In this document: positions 57,401 to 64,000 of the stretch, piece by piece
Layout: each line of letters opens with the position of its first letter
Position numbering within the stretch: position 1 is the stretch's first letter
Source: Hormiphora californensis
Taxonomy: Eukaryota > Animalia > Ctenophora
Length of the DNA stretch: 64,000 nucleotides
Assembly (NCBI GenBank): GCA_020137815.1
Contig: CM035355.1
Span: 5,394,001-5,458,000, forward strand
Direction: 5' to 3'
Notes under the pieces: model-generated
What the model was told of the DNA's origin: nothing
The model's input: the letters and a program-made list of their open reading frames with translations, nothing else
Database searches by the model: none
Made by a program: the position numbers and the translations under genes

Positions 57401-59072
57401 ACACAATGGAACAAATTGCTGTAGAAAAGCCGTAGTAGAGGTAGTAGGGGTATGCAAATCGTGCAGAAGGAACAACTTAGCTCGCAGAACAAGTGTTAAA
57501 TACCAAAAACACGTGCTAAAGGGATTTAGATGGCATAAATGGCATTTGTTAACGTTTGTTAACTTTTTGTTAATTTTGTTAATAAATCACCTGTTTTCTC
57601 GATGTTAACATTAACAAAGTTAACAAAATTTAACATGTCGCACCCCCCAATACTAGAGAGAGGCACTTTTTACTCGATCAACATATTGCTAAATTTACAC
57701 CAATGATTTGAGTCCCACAGCTACCAATATATCATAACCCCTAATGCAGCACTTAGGAGTTAGGACGGATTTCTTGGTATCAGGATTGACGCTTGCGCAA
57801 AAACCAAAGCCATAGATAGGATATTATGCTTTGCTTAGTGATTCAGATAGGGATAATGAGAGATAAAAGTTGTGAGAGAGTTAAGAGATAGAACAGGGGT
57901 AATGCTGAGTGAGAGAGATAGGGAGTTTGGGGTCATCAATCTCACATGCACAATTAGAAGCTGCACTTTTACGATCTATCGTAGATTCACACAATTCTAA
58001 TTCATTCAAGTGTGAGATTAATAACCTACCCAGTAGCTAAACCTGCACGTGACTGAAAGTGATAGCAATAAGTACAGAAACTGCACCTTCTGTTTCATAG
58101 TCTATCTACCTCTGGTACATCGAATCCCTTTTTTGTTGAAAACACTGCCAACAAATGGCCCGCTGTCGCTGCTACTTTATCGTAAAGTTTATGGTGTGGA
58201 ACTACTACTAGCACTGAAAACGTTGTTCCGATACAACTGGTTTACTCTGTCATGCCAATGCTCTGACAGGGTTTACTATCCTATTCACACACCACAATAT
58301 CAGGCCATATTATAATTACCTGCTTTTTGGTAGCTAGCTACGACAATATCTCCATCCTTCCATTTCCACTTTTCCCCAACTTCCCTCACAGTACAGGGGT
58401 TCAGTATCCCCGGGAGGGGCGTGTTATCCTCCAGTAGAGTATGTCGGTATGGTATTTCGGGGGTATGGTGAACCGGATAGTCGTACCTGTAGAGACATGT
58501 GTCATCTTATTGTCAATAATAGAATATGTCAAAATGTTATATTGGGAGGAGTCTTGGCCTTATTGCTGAACGCAAGCTTTCCTTAGGTTCCTTATTCCTT
58601 ATTCCAGGCTTTCCTGAGGAGTCTTATTCCTTATTCCAGGCTTTCCTTAGGAGTCTTTGTTCTGAGAACATGGGAGCCTTATTTCTTACCGAAGTTAGGA
58701 GCCTTGGCTTAGAGTAAAGCTTCCCATATTGTAGCCTTTGTCGTGTTCGACCCTCTCTCTCCGCGTTTGAACAAAGCAAAGTAGCCTTTTATATTCTGTA
58801 GAAGCTCCATATATTCTAACATCTTTCACATACCACCCAAAACCTCCCCTTATTAATTAAGGAGCTGAAAGATCGATCCTTTGTAGCACATGTGTCTTGG
58901 TAGACACCCTTTCAAAGCTCGACCCATGTGCCCAAGTACCATTATACAATTACCCAAATAGCTCATGCACCTAAGACTAGACTTTCCTGGGTGTAGAACT
59001 TACGTGTAATTTCGGCCGTACACATTCATATCGTGGGCAATGTGGAATTGGGAATAGGGGTTGGTGTTTTTT
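54472..59072 (-). CDS. Divergent cytosolic sulfotransferase (SULT)-like gene; 5' end uncertain and one internal exon garbled
   Basis: Approximate exons 59072-59004, 58486-58320, 56282-56150, 55963-55782, 55034-54942, 54913-54850, 54687-54472 give DGDIVVASYQKAG|S, HWLE, RLIR|THLPFHWLP, SMYSHF, GTWDTFF, VFYGSFTAHTDSW, VGQWKKY. These follow the SULT motif order TYPKSGT / KTHLP / YGSW..H..W / GDWK. Confidence 0.65.
54727..54831. repeat. Near-perfect intronic palindrome of about 105 bp (MITE-like)
   Basis: AGAAATTCAAAGAGGTACCAATACCATAGAT...ACCGAATTCGGT...ATCTATGGCATTGGTACCTCTTTGAATTTCT. Confidence 0.85.
55375..55709. mobile_element. Fold-back MITE (about 335 bp, arms about 155 bp)
   Basis: CCCCCATAAAAAAGTCGCTTGGCAAATTCCCTCGTCGCTCGG... 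mirrored almost exactly by ...CCGAGCGACGAGGGAATTTGCCAAGCGACTTTTTTATGGGGG. Confidence 0.88.
56835..57648. mobile_element. Non-autonomous DNA transposon with poly-G/poly-C termini and 8-bp TSD (AATACTAG)
   Basis: AATACTAG|GGGGGGGGCGACATGTTAA...TTAACATGTCGCACCCCCC|AATACTAG, with subterminal TGTTAA repeats. Confidence 0.85.
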
Positions 59073-59462
59073 CTAAACAAAGGCTACAATGGGAACTAGA
59101 GAAGTGATGTTCTATCTTTGATGTTCTCTCTCTCTCTCTCTCTCTCTCTCCCCATCTCTTTTTCTCTTTTCTGACAACAAGGCTGTGTAGTATCAGTTCT
59201 CCTAAATCATGCCAGACTGTCGTTCAGTTAGCAGCACCGCAATGCAGATGTAACTTGTTGAGTACTCAACAAGATGTAACTGTAATGGTACGGGGGCTGT
59301 AAAATGAGAGGAAACATTGTAAAATAGTATTGTACGTCATCAGACCATGTGTCACAAATCCTATGATGCGTATCGATGGCGCTACTATCGAGACAATATC
59401 GTCAGTCTTTTCCACTCATCCGGTATCTATCATGTAAGGCTCTATCTGTATCGCTCTGCCTG

Positions 59463-59500
<38 letters not shown>

Positions 59501-59510
59501 TCTCACTCTC

Positions 59511-59588
<78 letters not shown>

Positions 59589-60241
59589 TCCTCCTTCCAC
59601 GGATAGAACATCGTGACGCGTCTTAAGTGCTCGAGACCTGCTGCCCCTTCGCAGTAAATGTAATGGAGTATTTATTGGAGAGGAAGATAGATAGAGAAAG
59701 AGAGAGTGCGGTAAAAAATAGGTAGATTGAGAGGGAGTGATGGAGAGAGACTGATACAGAGACAGATCAATGAGAGACAGAGATCAGGGATATCATCATT
59801 GATCATACTCAAAGACTATGATGGAGTTTCCAGATTGACACTTTTTGGTTTGTTGAGTAACAACTATTAGTATTGCCTCCATAAATCGATGGTAATTGGC
59901 GAAAAAAGTGAAAAGTTGTAGACTTCCGAAACCTTTCATGATTGTGCCACAACGTTTGAATCTCACGCCACCCTGAGACATTATTATATCTACGATATCT
60001 CCCATTATATGTGATCCTAGTAATATCATAATTCTGCTTGCTAACTACTAAAAGTACTTAGTATGTTGCGTTATCTGATCATATTATTTCATGATATCGC
60101 TAAATGCTCATGATAATCTGATTGTGGGCGTGTCATATTCCCACAATTGTAATTGTGTCACTATCTTTCTATTGGAACAAGGTCTTCTGATCTGGCTGCT
60201 ATCTCCGAGCCAGCCCTCGTCAGATATTTTTATAATTTTCC

Positions 60242-60892
60242 GGGGGGGGGGGGGGCCGGCTGAAGTTTTTGAAGTTTGAAGTTTTCCACCCTACTTTTTG
60301 AGTTTTTGAAGTTTTTGAAGTTGACTTCAAAAACTTCAAAAACTTCAAAAACTCTAAACTACTTTTATATGCTATCAGTGACTATTATTACACTTGTTTA
60401 GGTTAGTTTCACCCTTAATACATATTGTGGCAAAGTTATCCGTCCTTGTCTGCCCTTTTTCTACCACAAATTAGGATATTTACAATGATTCCTAGCCATG
60501 AAATCCATGGCACAATTTGGTGTAAAAAATTTAAATTTTTTGTAAAAACAGATATCATTTTCATTCTATAACTCAAAAAAATGCCTAGAAAATGCTAAGA
60601 AAGTGTTTAAAAATTATGAAGTAAATTTTCAAAAAAATTTTTGGGGCCACACCTTTTTTCCCAGTTTCACAAAATGCAAATTTTTTATTAAGGGAGTATG
60701 GACACCAAAATCATCAGCGGCCTCGAGTTTATATATGAGTTATGAAGCAACATAGGGCCTATCTCCAACGGTTTAGGAGATATGAGTTTTTGAAGTTTTT
60801 GAAGTTTTTGAAGTTTTCCACCCTAAGTTTCTCTTTGAAGTTTTTGAAGTTGACTTCAAAAACTTCAAAAACTTCAGCCGGCCCCCCCCCCC
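60242..60892. mobile_element. Non-autonomous DNA transposon with poly-G/poly-C termini and 8-bp TSD (AATTTTCC)
   Basis: AATTTTCC|G14CCGGCTGAAGTTTTTGAAG...CTTCAAAAACTTCAGCCGGC11|AATTTTCC, with subterminal TGAAGTTTT repeats. Confidence 0.88.
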
Positions 60893-60976
60893 AATTTTCC
60901 TCCCTATTTAATCCTGGACATATCTCATTGATGATACTGTCTTCCCAATAACGTGACTCCTCTCCCAGGTCACACC

Positions 60977-61080
60977 ATGGCATTGAATTTGAAGAGTAGG
61001 AAGTCCAGTAAGATGAAGTGGAAGGCGTTCATGCTGGTTGGGAAGTTCATCCGGATTGCATCAAAGATGGCTTGGGAAAG
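60977..61080 (+). CDS. Putative first coding exon of a gene continuing beyond the window
   Basis: Acceptor CTCTCCCAG 8 nt before the ATG, then MALNLKSRKSSKMKWKAFMLVGKFIRIASKMAWE and a phase-2 AG|GT donor. Confidence 0.4.
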
Positions 61081-61132
61081 GTATTATAGTAGGTGAATTA
61101 TAGGGGGATATAGGGGGTATATGTGTTTCAGA

Positions 61133-61372
61133 GGGGGATTACGGGGGCTCGAAAAGATCGCCCGTATAGATCGCCCGTACCAGTCCCCCGTACATTTACT
61201 TTGCGCATTACGTTTCATCGCACTTTCATCACAACAAAACCCATGCGCGTTACGCGCATGTGTTTTGTTGTGGTGAAAGTGTGGTGAAACGTAATGCGCA
61301 AAGCAAATGTACGGGGGACTGGTACGGGCGATCTATACGGGCGTCTCATCCGGGCCCCCGTAATCCGCTGCC
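61133..61372. mobile_element. Hairpin MITE family (PIF/Harbinger-like end); further copies at 61688-61880 and 63665-63712
   Basis: GGATTACGGGGGCTCG...central palindrome CATGCGCGTTACGCGCATG...CGGGCCCCCGTAATCCGCTGCC followed by TAA or TTA in two copies. Confidence 0.75.
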
Positions 61373-63504
61373 TAATTTGCTCTCTTTTTTACACCCCATT
61401 TTCTATCTTTTCTCATTCTTTTCTTCTCGTTTTATTCTAGCCCTGAATATTGAATTGTATGTTTGTATAGATATTGTATAGATTCTGAAATACACGTTTT
61501 CCTTGGGAGAGCAATAGAAAATGCATGGCTAAGGGAATAAAACTGTGAGAGAGCATTGCAAAATGTTGTGTATGGGTTATTGTTTTTTCAAGTTTTTGTT
61601 GTACAATAAAATTATTGTCCCTGCTCCACTGATCCCTTTCAGTGCAGTCTTTGTTAAATGTTCTAACCCTGATCCTTTACATTTACACGGGGGATTACGG
61701 GGGCTCGAATAGATCGCCCGTATAGATCGCCCGTACCAGTCGCCCGTACATTTGCTTTGCGCATTACGTTTCATCGCACTTTCACCACAAATAAGGTACA
61801 TGCGCGTTATGCACATGTGTTTTGTTGTGGTGAAAGTGTGGTGAAACGTAATGCGCAAAGCAAATGTACGGGCGACTGGTGTGCTTCTAATGATGTTTCT
61901 AATGAGGCGTAGACAGTGTCTCAATATTAAAATCTTGAGACACGTCTACGTTATATTATCGATTACACACTATTATATCAGCATTCCAATTTATTCCAAC
62001 ATTATTGTTATATCCAACTACCATTTGGCACGTGACATGATCACGACGTGATAGTGTATCATAGTGTCAGCAGTGGAACGCAGCACACATCAAGTTCATT
62101 CAGAAATGGTCGTAGATCAAAAACTTTGACAGATTCGGAATCAGCGTTAAAAAACGCATCTAGTAAGATAAGAGGAGGTACAACAAATTAATTTTAAAAT
62201 CCAACACCCTAACGATTAGATTCATGTGGCACTTGTTGCCCTTCCCTCTCGTAATCATGCTGTGTCGTTCATAAAACCAGTCCAATACAGAAGCGTACCT
62301 TCATTTAACTTGATTGTGCTTTTACTGAAACAGTACAGGTGCTGGGACTCCTGGCACCTCCAGTGGGAGATGAACAGAGCGAGAGAGAGAGAGAGTGAGA
62401 GAGAGAGAGATAGATAGAGATAGAGGGGGAGAGACATGCATGATTGTGGTGAGGAATCCAAATTAAAAGTTCAAGGTTCCATCCTAATTAAAGAAGCTAA
62501 TTCATGTTGCACGTTTTGCCGGAAATGTGGTCCACAACACGACATAGTATGTACATCCTATTCCTAATTAAGAAGAGTAGAAGGACAATTCCACCGTGAT
62601 GGGTGCATAGAAAACATATGTAATTAATCAAACTTCTATTTCCCTTCTATCTTCCCTGCCAGTGTGTGTCCCACTCGTTTTACCGTTCTATATTTACATG
62701 GGAATTATATGAACTCTTTTTATATGAACTCCCATGGTTTGATCTACCAGCTCACAGAGCGTGGTAAATGTAACATAGTGAACTCCCTGTAGTGTGCTAT
62801 CCATTGTTCACATTTCAGCTACCCTGTCATAGAATTCAAACACTTACCAGCCATAATACTCTTGGTCTTCATAAACTATTGTTTCGTAAAGTTTACAGTT
62901 TAAGTTATCCCCGTTTATAAACGGGGCCGGTAACTTAACTGATCTATTATAACCGTTCTTATAGTTGTACAAGGAGGAACATTCTAGAGTTGTTGAGTAA
63001 TTCTAGAGCCCTCTCTGTTTGTTGAGTAAGGGGGAAGACTCTTCCCCCTTACTCAACAACTCTCTGTAGAACTAGATGACGGCCAATTGATCTCGTCAGG
63101 AGTTTTTGCCAATATGTGATGATATGAGACCAGCCTAGCATCTTAACTTCGGCCGCGTCTAATCTAATCTACAAGAACGATTGACGATCTCCCCCTTTCT
63201 CTCTCTCTGACTTCCTCTCTCTCTCCCCTATCTATCGGCAGTCAGAACAAGAAAGGATATGATAGTACCATCGGATAGAGTCAGAGTTTCGGATGTTGTT
63301 GTAATCGAGTCAATGTGCACCCTCTCTCGCTAGATCGGGATCTCTATCTAGCTATCTCTCTCTCTCGCCCTCACTCTGCGCGCTATCTCTCTCTTACTCT
63401 CTCACTACTCTCTCGATATCGCTCTCTCTCTCTCTCTCTCTCTTGTCGCTCCCGCCCCTTATCTATATTCATTCCGTACAGCTCGGCTCAAAACAATTAT
63501 TATC

Positions 63505-63566
63505 ATGAATCGGTTCTTCTTGTTCAAAAGTGGTAGTCGCTCCTATCAGAGAGGCAGTATATACAG
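63505..63566 (+). CDS. Second putative (alternative) first coding exon
   Basis: Acceptor CCGTACAG at 63481, ATG at 63505, MNRFFLFKSGSRSYQRGSIY, and a strong phase-2 donor CAG|GTGAGT. Confidence 0.3.
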
Positions 63567-64000
63567 GTGAGTTGTTGTTGTTGAGTAAGGCCATGTATGG
63601 CGTTGTCAGACCCCGTGTTGAATCTCGAGTGCGCTCAGATCGGGGTAGGTTCTACCGACGTGGGCGGACTGGTACTGCGGGCGTCTCATCCGGGCCCCCG
63701 TAATCCGCTGCCTTAACCTCACCTTCGTTCATTATTTATCTGTTTTAATGGATGTTCTGAAGAACTAGAATTGATCCTATATCGTGAGGACTGAATCTTT
63801 TAATCATTGCAATGCAAGCTGTGTGTCATAGCTTTCAAGAAATATCCAGTGCTTGGATCCATTGCAACCTATTCTCGCTCCGTATGTGAGATCGATCTCA
63901 CTCAGGTGTCAATGTCACCAAATCCAGTGCCAACCGGCACGCTTCTCCGAATTATTTGACATCCATTGTCTATCGATATCATACTAAGTCTTACCGTAAA

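Noticed and set aside
58536-58821. TG...CA bounded segment resembling a solo LTR
   Set aside because: No target-site duplication and no second copy or internal domain in the window.

Overview
Eukaryotic (metazoan) gene-dense genomic DNA with short GT-AG introns, abundant (AG)n microsatellites and many non-autonomous DNA transposons. It is most likely a ctenophore (Pleurobrachia-like). That is an inference: repeat-derived peptides such as [28 protein letters not shown] and RTPIYRAPIYRNPDLP are ones I recall from Pleurobrachia gene models. Most entries in the ORF track are spurious microsatellite or antisense ORFs. Manual splicing gives about 16 genes. Minus strand: PSMD8/RPN12, DSCC1, an intronless GH47 mannosidase-like gene with degenerate catalytic residues, a tiny 2-exon NDUFV3-like gene (absent from the ORF track), two tandem CPPED1 copies and a divergent sulfotransferase. 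Plus strand: an LDLa-repeat GPCR nested in a DSCC1 intron, a GAD/CSAD-like decarboxylase, a small TM protein, Munc18/STXBP1, a C2H2 zinc finger, a PPxY TM protein, UBE2S, CWC27 and PTPMT1. The most striking pattern is that almost every gene has a 3' splice acceptor 1-21 nt before its ATG, and genes lie in tight head-to-tail runs diverging from about 31-33 kb. This suggests spliced-leader trans-splicing and possible polycistronic units. Several single-base frameshifts and garbled stretches (about 0.3-2 kb and 37-39.5 kb) indicate consensus errors in the assembly. Exon coordinates were read by eye and may be off by a few bases.
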